Shown: positions 53,650-62,461 of the stretch, piece after piece
Layout: each line of letters opens with the position of its first letter
How positions within the stretch are numbered: position 1 is the stretch's first letter
From: an uncultured bacterium
Lineage (GTDB): Bacteria; Acidobacteriota; Thermoanaerobaculia; Multivoradales; JAHZIX01
DNA: 64,000 nt
Assembly (NCBI GenBank): GCA_965368975.1
Contig: CBDUPA010000012.1
Coordinates: forward strand, 83,540-147,539
Reading direction: 5' to 3'
The notes under the pieces: generated by a model
Database searches by the model: none
What the model saw: only the letters and a program-made list of their open reading frames with translations
What the model was told of the DNA's origin: nothing
Made by a program: the position numbers and the translations under genes

Positions 53650-53801
53650 AGATCTGTAGATTTCTGTGCTGGATTTCCGGGAATGGCTCCACTAAGAAGA
53701 AACGCGAGAACACGTCGATTCCCGGACCAACGGCTGTACTCAATCTCGGCGGAAAAATTCAGCTTGGCTTTCTGAGTGGCTTAGATCATGAAGACGGGCC
53801 C

Positions 53802-55967
53802 TCAAACCCGCGACGCCACCCACTCGCTGATCCTCCCGTGCGCAGTCACCAGCGCCGACTTGCGGGCACGCGTCAGCGCGACGTAGAGGAGGGCGCGTTC
53901 CATGAGTTCGGTTTCGCGCTGGATGGCTCGGTCTTTGGAGTAGCGCACGCGGGTGCGCCAGGGCATGTTGTCGTCGCTCAGGCCGGCGACGATCATGTGG
54001 TCGTACTCTAGGCCTTTGACGCGGTGCATGGTGGCGACGCGTAGGCCGGGTTTGTCGGCGTCGTCGCTGGTGTCGCGGCCCAGACGCAGGGTGGGGACGC
54101 CTCGGTCTTCTAGGGCTTCGGCGTAGCGGTCGGCGAGGGCGTTGGTGCGGGCGACGAGGCAGGCGTGGGTGGTCTCGCGGTCGGTGAGCCATTGGGCGAT
54201 GGCTTCGACTTCGTCGTCGAAGGTGGGTAGTTCGAGGGTTTGGGGGACCGCGCCGTGGGTGAGGGAGCGGTAGCCTTGACGCGAGTCGGCGGTGCCGTCG
54301 AGGTCGTCGAATTCTTGGTTCTCGAGCACGGCGACGGCGTAGCGGCGGATTTCGTCGGTGGTGCGGTAGTTGATGCGCAGGCGGCGGCCGCGACCGCGGA
54401 TGTTGACGCCAGCGTGGGAGAGCACGACGCGCTTACGGTAGATGCGCTGGTGGCCATCGCCGACCAGGAAGAGGTCGTCCGGCTTTTCGGGGACGGCGGC
54501 GCGCAGCAGGCGGAAGGCGTTGGTGCTCATGTCTTGCGCTTCGTCGACGACGATGGAGCGTAGCGCCAGCTGTACGCGGCCGGCTTCGAGCAGCACGCAG
54601 GCGTCGAGCAGGGCGTCTTCGGGTTCGCGCAGGCCGTGCTTGTCGAGCTGGTGGCGGTATTCTTCGAATACCGGCCAGATCGCCTTGCGCTGGGCGCGAC
54701 TGAGGCGCTCACCGCGACCGGCGCGGCTGGCTCGCTTGTAGTCTTTCCAGCTCTGGCAGCCTTGCGCCTGCACCACGGCTTCCCACTCGTCGCGGTAGAA
54801 GGACTCGGAGACTTCGAGGTGGGTTGCGGGATCGGATGCGCTGCTGGGCGCCAGCGTGAGGGCGGAGTCCCAGGAGTCCTTCAGCGGGCCACGGCTCGGA
54901 TCCCAGTACTTGATCCGGTATTCGTAGCCGGCGCGCAGCAGCAGGTCACGCACCCATTTGTCGATGTTGACGACATCGATGCGTCGCAGCGCTTCGGGTG
55001 GGCACAGGCGCGCCAGGTTGGCGCGGATGTCGTTGGCCAGGTTCTTGGTGAAGGTGGTGAAGAGGATGCGATCGCCGGGGGCGACGAAGACGTTCTGCGC
55101 CAGGTAGGCGGCGCGATGCATGGCGACGACGGTCTTGCCGGTACCGGCGCCGCCGAGCACGCGCACGGGACCGTTCCAGCTACGCTCGACCAGTTTGCGC
55201 TGGCTCGGGTGCAGGAAGGTGCGCCACTTTTCGAGCGGCGCGTCGAGCATCGCCTGCAGGCTGGCGTCGTCCTCGACGACCACGAAACGCCGCTTGGTGG
55301 CGTCGCGTTCGAGGGCGCGGTCGATGTCCGAGGTGTCGATGTCGGGCTCGGCGGACACCGCCATGGCCTGTTCGACTTCTTCCAGCGACTCGCCCTCGCT
55401 GAGCCAGTAGAGGGCTTCGAAAGCCTCGGGCGGCAGCTGCGCGGAAAGGGCCTCCAGTTCGTGGGCCCTGCGCAGCGCGCGCACCTCGTCGAGCTGGGGC
55501 TCGGGGACGCCGAGGCGCAGGAGTTCGCGGTCGCGGATGGCGTCGAAGAGGCGCGTTTCGACGGTGCCGGCACTTGCTGCCGGCGTCTCTGCCCCGTCCC
55601 GGGGCGACGCCGTCGCTTGGCGGCTGAAGACCTGCAGGGCGCCGGTTTCCGGGTGCACCGAGACGCTCTTGTGCTCGGCCCAGCGCATGGCTTTGTCGTG
55701 GTGGTCGATCCACAACAGCAGGTAGGTGTTGCCCTTCTCGGGCTGACGTACGATGGCTCGGTACTCCAGGTCGATGCGCACGGTGCGTAGACGCGGATCG
55801 GAGAAGGTGCTGATGGGCTCGTAGTTGATGCTGGACTGCGTGGGGTCCTGACGGAATTTGCGCAGGAACTTGCTCACCTTCTTCTGCTGTGCGCGCGGGA
55901 TGAGCGCGAAGGCATCGAAGAATTCCTCGTAGATCGCGACTTTGAAGGTTTGCTCGTAGGCCATCAC
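53802..55967 (-). CDS. UvrD/Rep-family SF1 helicase with RelE/ParE-fold-like N-terminal domain
   Basis: 721 aa. Walker A: VRVLGGAGTGKTVVAMHRAAYL. Walker B: SIVVDEAQDMS. C-terminal motifs: RVATMHRVKGLEYDHMIV, LLYVALTRARK. The N-terminal ~100 aa (KVSKFLRKFRQDPTQSSINYEPI...RTVRIDLEYRAIVRQPEKGNTYLLLWIDHHDKAM) follow the RelE/ParE toxin pattern. ATGA overlap with the upstream gene. Confidence 0.8.
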   Translation of the reverse strand: MMAYEQTFKVAIYEEFFDAFALIPRAQQKKVSKFLRKFRQDPTQSSINYEPISTFSDPRLRTVRIDLEYRAIVRQPEKGNTYLLLWIDHHDKAMRWAEHKSVSVHPETGALQVFSRQATASPRDGAETPAASAGTVETRLFDAIRDRELLRLGVPEPQLDEVRALRRAHELEALSAQLPPEAFEALYWLSEGESLEEVEQAMAVSAEPDIDTSDIDRALERDATKRRFVVVEDDASLQAMLDAPLEKWRTFLHPSQRKLVERSWNGPVRVLGGAGTGKTVVAMHRAAYLAQNVFVAPGDRILFTTFTKNLANDIRANLARLCPPEALRRIDVVNIDKWVRDLLLRAGYEYRIKYWDPSRGPLKDSWDSALTLAPSSASDPATHLEVSESFYRDEWEAVVQAQGCQSWKDYKRASRAGRGERLSRAQRKAIWPVFEEYRHQLDKHGLREPEDALLDACVLLEAGRVQLALRSIVVDEAQDMSTNAFRLLRAAVPEKPDDLFLVGDGHQRIYRKRVVLSHAGVNIRGRGRRLRINYRTTDEIRRYAVAVLENQEFDDLDGTADSRQGYRSLTHGAVPQTLELPTFDDEVEAIAQWLTDRETTHACLVARTNALADRYAEALEDRGVPTLRLGRDTSDDADKPGLRVATMHRVKGLEYDHMIVAGLSDDNMPWRTRVRYSKDRAIQRETELMERALLYVALTRARKSALVTAHGRISEWVASRV

Positions 55968-58900
55968 TCAGTCTCCTCTGCTAGCGCCTCTGCTAGTACC
56001 TCGGCCAGCGGCGAGACGTCGACCGTCCCGTCGGGCTCGAGCGCCAGGTCTTCCAGGTAGAAAAGTCTCCAGTCCGCCGCCGGCTCGCCGACGGCCCAGG
56101 CGCTGTCGGCGTACGAGGTGAGCGCGACGCGCGCGGTGTGCCACACCAGTTCGGCCTCGCTCCACACGGTATCGCGCTGGTTCGGTATGTCGTCACCGAC
56201 CACCGGCTCCACGATGCCCGCGGCGATCATGGCCTCGGCGGCGCCTCGGTAGGCGTCCTCGATCTCGTCGAGCTGTGTCCAGATTGCATCCTCGCCTTCC
56301 GGGCCGTGCTCGGCGAGGCTGCGCAGCTGAGCGATGCCGCTGTAGTCGCCGACGTCCGATGTGGTGACGAAGACGATGTCGTCGATCGCGCGCAGCCACT
56401 GGAAGAGACGCAGGAAGCCACGCCACGCCCGGTGCATCTGCGGCAGTTCGCGCCGATCTTCGCGGTCGTCGAGTTCGCGGTCGTCGAGGCGGGCGAGCAC
56501 GGTCACTCGCTGACCATCGTGGGCGGCCATCCACTCGATCTGCCGCGGCTCGCCCCAGGTGCCGCTGGCGAGGGCGCGGGGCCTCGTCGCGGCGAGCTGG
56601 TCGCGTAGGGCTTCCGGTGCCGCTTGCCGCGCGAACTCGGTCCAGGCGCGTTGCTGACTCGGCAGCGTGGCTTCGAGTCGAGGTACCAGCGCCGCCGCCG
56701 CCAGGTCGCGCCACGGCAAGCCGTTGGCATCTTGGAGGTCCTGCAAGAGCCAGCGGAAGGTCGACTGTTGCGGCAGGTCGGTGAACTGGGTGAGGCCCAG
56801 CTGCTGGAGAGCCTTCTTGAAGTCACCCAGGTCGAGCGCCGCCAGTTCGGGCGCGGGCTCGACCTCGGTGGATCTCGTCAGCTCGGCTTCCAGATCGTCC
56901 CAGGTGAAGGTCCACACGTCCCAGCCCGCGGCCAGCAGTGCCTGGCGCTGGCGCAGGTCCTGCCCCAAGCGATCTTGGTGGAACTGCCAGCCGTCGAGGA
57001 AGATGGCCAGACGACGATCGGTGGCGGCGCTGGCCGGTCGCAGCACGAAGTCGATCGAGACGCCGATGCCGCCGGTCTCGGCCCTCGGCGGTTCGACCTG
57101 CGGCTCGATACGCCATTGGGCGTCGCCCAGCGTCCACAGCCAAGCATCTTTGATGCCGATCGGGATCCGCTTCAGCTGGGCTGGGTGCTGTTCGTTGCCG
57201 GCGCGTAGTAGGGCTTCGAGGAAGCGGGCTTCGAGGGCACTGTCGAGCAGGCCGGAGTGGCTGATGTCGCCCAGGCGTTCGATTTCCTGCACGCTGTCGG
57301 CGCGCGCCAGGATGCGGCGCAGGATCTCGGAGGCCGTGCGCGCCGAGGTGTCGCGCATCTCGCGACTGTTGCGGTAGCCGAAGAGGCAGCGATAGCAGCC
57401 TTCCACCAGCTTGCCGGCTCGGTTCGTGGTGCCCCAGCAGGCGCAGCCCTCGATCCGTTGCAGGCTCGCCTCGAGAGCTCGGAACAGGGGTATCGTGGCA
57501 TCGGCATCGGGCGTGACCAGCTGTTTCAGAAAGCCGGTGCCGCCGGGCACGGAGTCGAAGAGCACCAGGTACTGGCGGCGCAGCGTGCTGTCGGGAGTCG
57601 GTTCGGAGTAGACGGTGGTGCGCAGGTGGTCGACGCTGCCGGCGAAGTAGCTCTCCAGCCCCAGCTGCAGGGCGGCGGTGAACGAGTTGAGCTGGCGCGT
57701 GCCGGCGAAGTCGGTGATCGGCAGCAGCAGGCGCAGGGCCTCGGACTCGAGCTGGCGGTAGAGATAGACGCAGGACTCGATCTGCTCGTCCGTGTCCTTG
57801 CGTCGCGACGGGCAGGACAGCAGGTGGTCGGTCTTCTCACCCTTGCGCGTCGCCTGCACCTTGCCGCAGCGTGCGCACAGCTCGAAACCCTGGCGCACCA
57901 TGGCTCGGCCGGCGATGGTGTTGCGCGCGCCCAGGTCGGAGGGTTCGCCGAAGTTGATGTCGCGAAAGGTCACCCGTGCGCAGTACTCGAAGCCGAAGGG
58001 GTGACGGTCGTCGTCCAGCCGCCAGGCGCGCGAGGAACTGCGAGTGTCGAAGGTGGGCAGGATGTCGCGCTCGAAGAAGCGCGGCTGGCGTTCGTCGCGA
58101 TCGTCGCGAATCCGGGAGTTGCGGTCGGATTCTCTGGCGAATACTTGCTCCAGCTTCAGCAGGCGCTGGGTCTGGCCGCTGTCGCGCCAGTCGGCGGCGC
58201 CGCAAACCGGGCAGGCCGTGTGCGCATCGCCGGTGTCGATCGACTCGGCGTGGCTGCACTCGGGGCAGAAGCGCCAGGTCTCGAGCTTGGAGGACGAGAG
58301 ATCGACGGCGTCGATGCCCACGCGTCGTCCCGAAGCGTAGAACTCGGCGCCAGGCGCCAGCTCGGCCAGGGCGCTCGACGGCGAGCGCTTGTACTCGTAG
58401 GTCCAGGTTTCGTAAGGACTCCCCTGGGCTGGAGGGTGCTTCTTGCGCCGCCAGATCACCGAGCGCAGTCGCACCGCCGACTCCGGGAAGGCGTAGTTGG
58501 GCAGCAGGCCCTGGTCGGTGAGGAATTCGAGCGTCGAGCGCTGGTTGATCGCCTTGATCAGGCCGATCAGGGCCTCTTTCTCGGCTTCGCGCTCGTCGAT
58601 CTGCTCCTGGTGGTCCTTGTCGCGGGCCTCGGTGGCGCGTAGCACTTTGAGTTGCTTGCGCAGGGTCTCTACGTTGGCGCGGTGTGCTTCGCGCTGCTTG
58701 CGTTCCTTGTGCAGGGTGTCGAGCAGGCGGCTTTCGAGGGTCGCCTCGATGTGGTGCAGGGCATCTCGAGCTTGCGCCTTCTCGGGCTGCTCGCTGTCGA
58801 GTTCAGCTTTGGCCTCCGCGCCGAGCAGGAAGCGCTCCAGGTGGGCGGCGGTGGGCGGTCCGATCTCGTCCTCGAACATCTCGAGGAATTCTCGCAGCAG

Positions 58901-61900
58901 GCGCGGACGCTCCTGCTTCACGAAGGCGAGCAGGTTGCTCGGGAACCGCTCGACGTCCGGCTGGTTGCCTTGGTTGAGCACGCTGCGCAGCTGCGGCGGT
59001 AACTCGGCACGGTCACCCTCGACGCCGACCCAGCGATCGATGCAGAAGGCGGTGAGCTGGCGTTCGAGCACGGCTCCGGTGTCGAGAAAGACACCGGGCG
59101 GCGGCACGTCACCGGCGATCATCTCGTGCGGCTGGGCGAAGAAGTAGAGGTCGTGCGGCTTCGCCGCGGCGACGGTGAGCACGAAGGCGTTGCCATCGCG
59201 CCGGCCGGCGCGGCCGATGCGCTGCAGGTAGCTGGCCTGGCCGGGTGGTACCGAGCACAGGATGGCGCTCGACAGGTCGCCGATGTCGATGCCCATCTCC
59301 AGCGTCGGCGTGCAAGAGAGCAGGTTCGGGTACCACGGCCGCCGCGCCTCGGGATCGTCCAGCTCCGGCGACGGTTCGAATGCTTTGAACTCGATCTCGA
59401 TGCGCTCGCGCTCGGCGCGCTCCAGCAGGCCGGTATGCTCCTGGGCAAAGATGCGCTGCAGGTGACCGCTGCGGTAGAGATGGCCGAAGTAGTCGTGTGC
59501 CGGCGCGGCGTCCGGACGGTAGACGCCGGCACAGCCCGTGCGCAGGCAGGGTACGCCGTGCCAGCGTTCGGCCAGCGCGCGGCTGGCGTGGGTGCGGTGA
59601 CCGCAGACGTGGCAAGCCAAGGCTGCACTGTGCGGGCTGATGACCAGCGCTTCTTCGCGCAGACCCCAGATCTGCTCACCCTTGGATGCACTGCGCTCGT
59701 CGAGCAGGCCGACTCGCACCAGCGCGCTCAGCACCACCGGGTACAGCGAGCCGGCGTCGGCGACCAGGCCGGGGCCACCCAGGAAGCAGGCATCGGCCCA
59801 GCGTGCATACCAGGATTCCCCGCCCCGTCCGGTGCGGCTCCAGGTGTCGAAGCGACGGCCGGTGCGGTCGGTCAGGAAGCTGGGCAGGCGCGAGCTGCTC
59901 TTGTAGCCGGGCAACGCCGGTTGCCGGGAGAAGGCATGGACATCCTTGCCGCAGCTCTCGATATAGGCGCCCGGCAGGCTGCGTGCCAGGATGCCGCCGC
60001 GCAGGCGCAGGTGTTGTAGCAGTCCGAGCACGAACGCCTCGACGCGCCGCGCTTCGACCTGGCGCAGGCCGGGCACCTCGTTGCGCACCACCTCCACCAA
60101 GGCCGCCACCGCGGTCTCTACATCGCCCGGCCGCAGGTCGGCGACGGCGCAGCCGGTGCGGGTCAGTGAGCGGCCGATCTCCGCCTGCAGCGAGAACTCG
60201 GTCAGCACCTCGAAGGCCAGGCGCTGGTCGATGAGGTCCGGCAGGTCGGAGGCGCGCGGTAGCTCGCCGTCGCGACGCAAGGCGTCCCAATCGTGCAGCC
60301 AGGCCATGTTGGGCGCCAGGAAGGTGGCGACGAAGGTCGCCTCGTCGTGCGCCTGCCGAGCCCACGGGCCGAGCCCGTCGGCCAGCTCGCGCAGCGTGGT
60401 TTCGCCCAGGGGCTCGAGCGCTTGCAGCATCGCGATGCGCAGGTTGGTACGCCAGGTGCGAGCGGCAAAGAAGCCGGCCCGGTGCGCCGCGTCTTGCACG
60501 CTGTCGGAGAAGGTGAGCAGCTTCTTGTCGTCGTTGAAGCGCGAGGCGAAGAGCTGGTCGATGTGCACGCTGGTCAGCGTGGCGGCGCGGAAGCCGACGA
60601 TGGCCAGGCTCTCGCGTGCGCGGCAGAAGGGGCAGTCGCGCACCAGGGCTTGCCGGCTGGCGGTGGACTGAGCTTCGAAGATTTCGATCACCCGCAGCGT
60701 CTCGTCGGCGTGCTCCGCGTCGACCTTGATCAGGTTCTTCACGTCGAGCTCGAAGGCGCTGTGCTGGAGCCGGTCGTCGGCGGGCCAGGCGTTGGCGGGG
60801 AACAGGAAGCGTACGCGGCTGCTGCGCCCGAAGTAGGCGTCGTAGAAGCGCCGCGGCAGGCAGCGATAGAGGTACGGCCGATCGCGTTCCACCACAGTGC
60901 CCCAGCCCAGGGCGCCGCATTCGCGGCAGTGGATCATCGGCAGGTGGCGGTCTTGCTCCTCCTCGTCGAGGTCGTCGGAGTGCCGCAGGTGCGGCTGCGG
61001 TCCAACGTTGGCGACCAGGCGTCGCAGCTCGCGTTGCCACAGCTGCACGCGCACCTCCAGCAGCGGCGCCGCCGGTCTCGGTCGCCCCTCGGCGCGCCGC
61101 CGCTCGGCCACTTCGGGCAACTCGTGACGCCAGGCGCGAGCCTCGGAGACCAGGCCCAGCAGGCTGAGCACGGCGAGGCGGGCGAACTGGGCGTCCCGGT
61201 GCCAAGCGTCGCGCCTGCGCCGCATCTCGTGCACGGCGTCGTCCAGCGTCGTGGCCTGGCCATCGAGGGCGCGCAGCAGGTCGTGGAAGGCGGCATGGTG
61301 GCGCAACTGCCGCCCCAACTCGACGCTGCGCTCGAACGATTCAGGCCCAGTGAGTTCGCCCTCACCGTCGGCGCCGATCGTCGCCGCTACGTCTGCCGGG
61401 AACCACAGGGCGAGCTGCGCCGCCAGCCAGGCGTGCGGGTCCGGGGCCTGCGCCGCGTCGAGTCGCTCCAGGTCTTCAGCGTCCGGTTCCTCGGTGTAGC
61501 GGATCTCGCAGCCGTGCAAGAACTGCTCCACACTCTGCCGCGTCTCGCCGATGATGGCGTCGGCGTCGAAGGGTTCGCCGAAGACCTTACGCGCATAGTC
61601 CCGCAGCTGTTCTCGCGCCGCCTCGCCGCCCAGCGTGGCGCTGGTGCCGATGCAGGCCAGCGAGCCGTCGTCCACGTCGAGACGCCGCTTGAGGCGTCGC
61701 AGCAGGCAGGCCAGGTCGGTGCCCTGGGCGCCGTCGAAGGTGTGGATCTCGTCGACCACCAGGAAGCGCAGCGTGCCCTTCACGTTGTGCTGCCAGATGC
61801 GCTGATCGCGTGGACGCAGCAGCAGGTAGTCGAGCATCTTGTAGTTGGTGAGCAGGATGTCCGGCGGCGCTTCTTGCAGGGTGGCGCGATCGGTGATCAC

Positions 61901-62461
61901 GTGGTCCGCCCCCATGCGCGTCTCGCCGTGTGCCGACCCACGACGCTTGCCCTTGCCACCGCTACCCCCGTCCCCCACGTAGAGCCCCGCCGTCACGCGG
62001 CCGCGCAGCTTGTGGTTGTCATAGATCCGCCGCGCGATGCGCGCCGCCTGGTCGCTGGCCAGCGCGTTCATGGGGTAGATCAAGATCGCCTTGACGCCCG
62101 GCTCGTGCGCCGTCTGCAGGCAGTGGTCGAGAATCGGAAGCAGGAAGCTCTCGGTCTTGCCGGAGCCGGTGCCGGTGGCCAGCAGGGTGCTCTGCTTGCG
62201 TCGACCGCCGAGGCGGGCGAACACTTGTTCCTGGTGGTGATGGGGAGGAAACCCGAGCGGTACGTCGGGGAAGACGTCTGGGGTCTCGCCGCTCAGGAAG
62301 GGCATCTTGACGGAGAGGTAGGGCCCCTTGAACAGCATGCCGTCGTCCGCGAGCAGGTGTTCGACGACGTTCTCCATGCCCGGCGTGGAGGACCAGAAGG
62401 AGAAGCGCAGGAAGTCTTGCAAGCCCTGTTCGAGCTGGCGGTGGATGGCGGAGGGGATCAA
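55964..62461 (-). CDS. 2165-aa DExH-box helicase with DUF1998 zinc-ribbon domain and C-terminal Vsr/DUF559-like domain (DrmA+DrmB-fusion-like / DruE-like)
   Basis: Motif I: LLATGTGSGKTESFLLPIL. Motif II: LRFLVVDEIHTFDG. Motif III: IGTSATL. Motif VI: YLQRIGRAGRRDG. Zinc ribbons: CPECSH...CPVCG, CARCGK, CYRCL. DUF1998 core: YLVLFDSVPGGTGFLKQL. Near the C-terminus, IDFVLRP...RLAIFLDGWQFH...RQALLAAGWDVWTFTWDDL resembles the DUF559/Vsr endonuclease fold. Confidence 0.8.
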   Translation of the reverse strand: MIPSAIHRQLEQGLQDFLRFSFWSSTPGMENVVEHLLADDGMLFKGPYLSVKMPFLSGETPDVFPDVPLGFPPHHHQEQVFARLGGRRKQSTLLATGTGSGKTESFLLPILDHCLQTAHEPGVKAILIYPMNALASDQAARIARRIYDNHKLRGRVTAGLYVGDGGSGGKGKRRGSAHGETRMGADHVITDRATLQEAPPDILLTNYKMLDYLLLRPRDQRIWQHNVKGTLRFLVVDEIHTFDGAQGTDLACLLRRLKRRLDVDDGSLACIGTSATLGGEAAREQLRDYARKVFGEPFDADAIIGETRQSVEQFLHGCEIRYTEEPDAEDLERLDAAQAPDPHAWLAAQLALWFPADVAATIGADGEGELTGPESFERSVELGRQLRHHAAFHDLLRALDGQATTLDDAVHEMRRRRDAWHRDAQFARLAVLSLLGLVSEARAWRHELPEVAERRRAEGRPRPAAPLLEVRVQLWQRELRRLVANVGPQPHLRHSDDLDEEEQDRHLPMIHCRECGALGWGTVVERDRPYLYRCLPRRFYDAYFGRSSRVRFLFPANAWPADDRLQHSAFELDVKNLIKVDAEHADETLRVIEIFEAQSTASRQALVRDCPFCRARESLAIVGFRAATLTSVHIDQLFASRFNDDKKLLTFSDSVQDAAHRAGFFAARTWRTNLRIAMLQALEPLGETTLRELADGLGPWARQAHDEATFVATFLAPNMAWLHDWDALRRDGELPRASDLPDLIDQRLAFEVLTEFSLQAEIGRSLTRTGCAVADLRPGDVETAVAALVEVVRNEVPGLRQVEARRVEAFVLGLLQHLRLRGGILARSLPGAYIESCGKDVHAFSRQPALPGYKSSSRLPSFLTDRTGRRFDTWSRTGRGGESWYARWADACFLGGPGLVADAGSLYPVVLSALVRVGLLDERSASKGEQIWGLREEALVISPHSAALACHVCGHRTHASRALAERWHGVPCLRTGCAGVYRPDAAPAHDYFGHLYRSGHLQRIFAQEHTGLLERAERERIEIEFKAFEPSPELDDPEARRPWYPNLLSCTPTLEMGIDIGDLSSAILCSVPPGQASYLQRIGRAGRRDGNAFVLTVAAAKPHDLYFFAQPHEMIAGDVPPPGVFLDTGAVLERQLTAFCIDRWVGVEGDRAELPPQLRSVLNQGNQPDVERFPSNLLAFVKQERPRLLREFLEMFEDEIGPPTAAHLERFLLGAEAKAELDSEQPEKAQARDALHHIEATLESRLLDTLHKERKQREAHRANVETLRKQLKVLRATEARDKDHQEQIDEREAEKEALIGLIKAINQRSTLEFLTDQGLLPNYAFPESAVRLRSVIWRRKKHPPAQGSPYETWTYEYKRSPSSALAELAPGAEFYASGRRVGIDAVDLSSSKLETWRFCPECSHAESIDTGDAHTACPVCGAADWRDSGQTQRLLKLEQVFARESDRNSRIRDDRDERQPRFFERDILPTFDTRSSSRAWRLDDDRHPFGFEYCARVTFRDINFGEPSDLGARNTIAGRAMVRQGFELCARCGKVQATRKGEKTDHLLSCPSRRKDTDEQIESCVYLYRQLESEALRLLLPITDFAGTRQLNSFTAALQLGLESYFAGSVDHLRTTVYSEPTPDSTLRRQYLVLFDSVPGGTGFLKQLVTPDADATIPLFRALEASLQRIEGCACWGTTNRAGKLVEGCYRCLFGYRNSREMRDTSARTASEILRRILARADSVQEIERLGDISHSGLLDSALEARFLEALLRAGNEQHPAQLKRIPIGIKDAWLWTLGDAQWRIEPQVEPPRAETGGIGVSIDFVLRPASAATDRRLAIFLDGWQFHQDRLGQDLRQRQALLAAGWDVWTFTWDDLEAELTRSTEVEPAPELAALDLGDFKKALQQLGLTQFTDLPQQSTFRWLLQDLQDANGLPWRDLAAAALVPRLEATLPSQQRAWTEFARQAAPEALRDQLAATRPRALASGTWGEPRQIEWMAAHDGQRVTVLARLDDRELDDREDRRELPQMHRAWRGFLRLFQWLRAIDDIVFVTTSDVGDYSGIAQLRSLAEHGPEGEDAIWTQLDEIEDAYRGAAEAMIAAGIVEPVVGDDIPNQRDTVWSEAELVWHTARVALTSYADSAWAVGEPAADWRLFYLEDLALEPDGTVDVSPLAEVLAEALAEETE

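Noticed and set aside
53740-54192. 150-aa minus-strand ORF overlapping the 3' end of the UvrD-like gene
   Set aside because: It is a Pro/Arg-rich alternative frame of the helicase gene, and the helicase frame has conserved SF1 C-terminal motifs.
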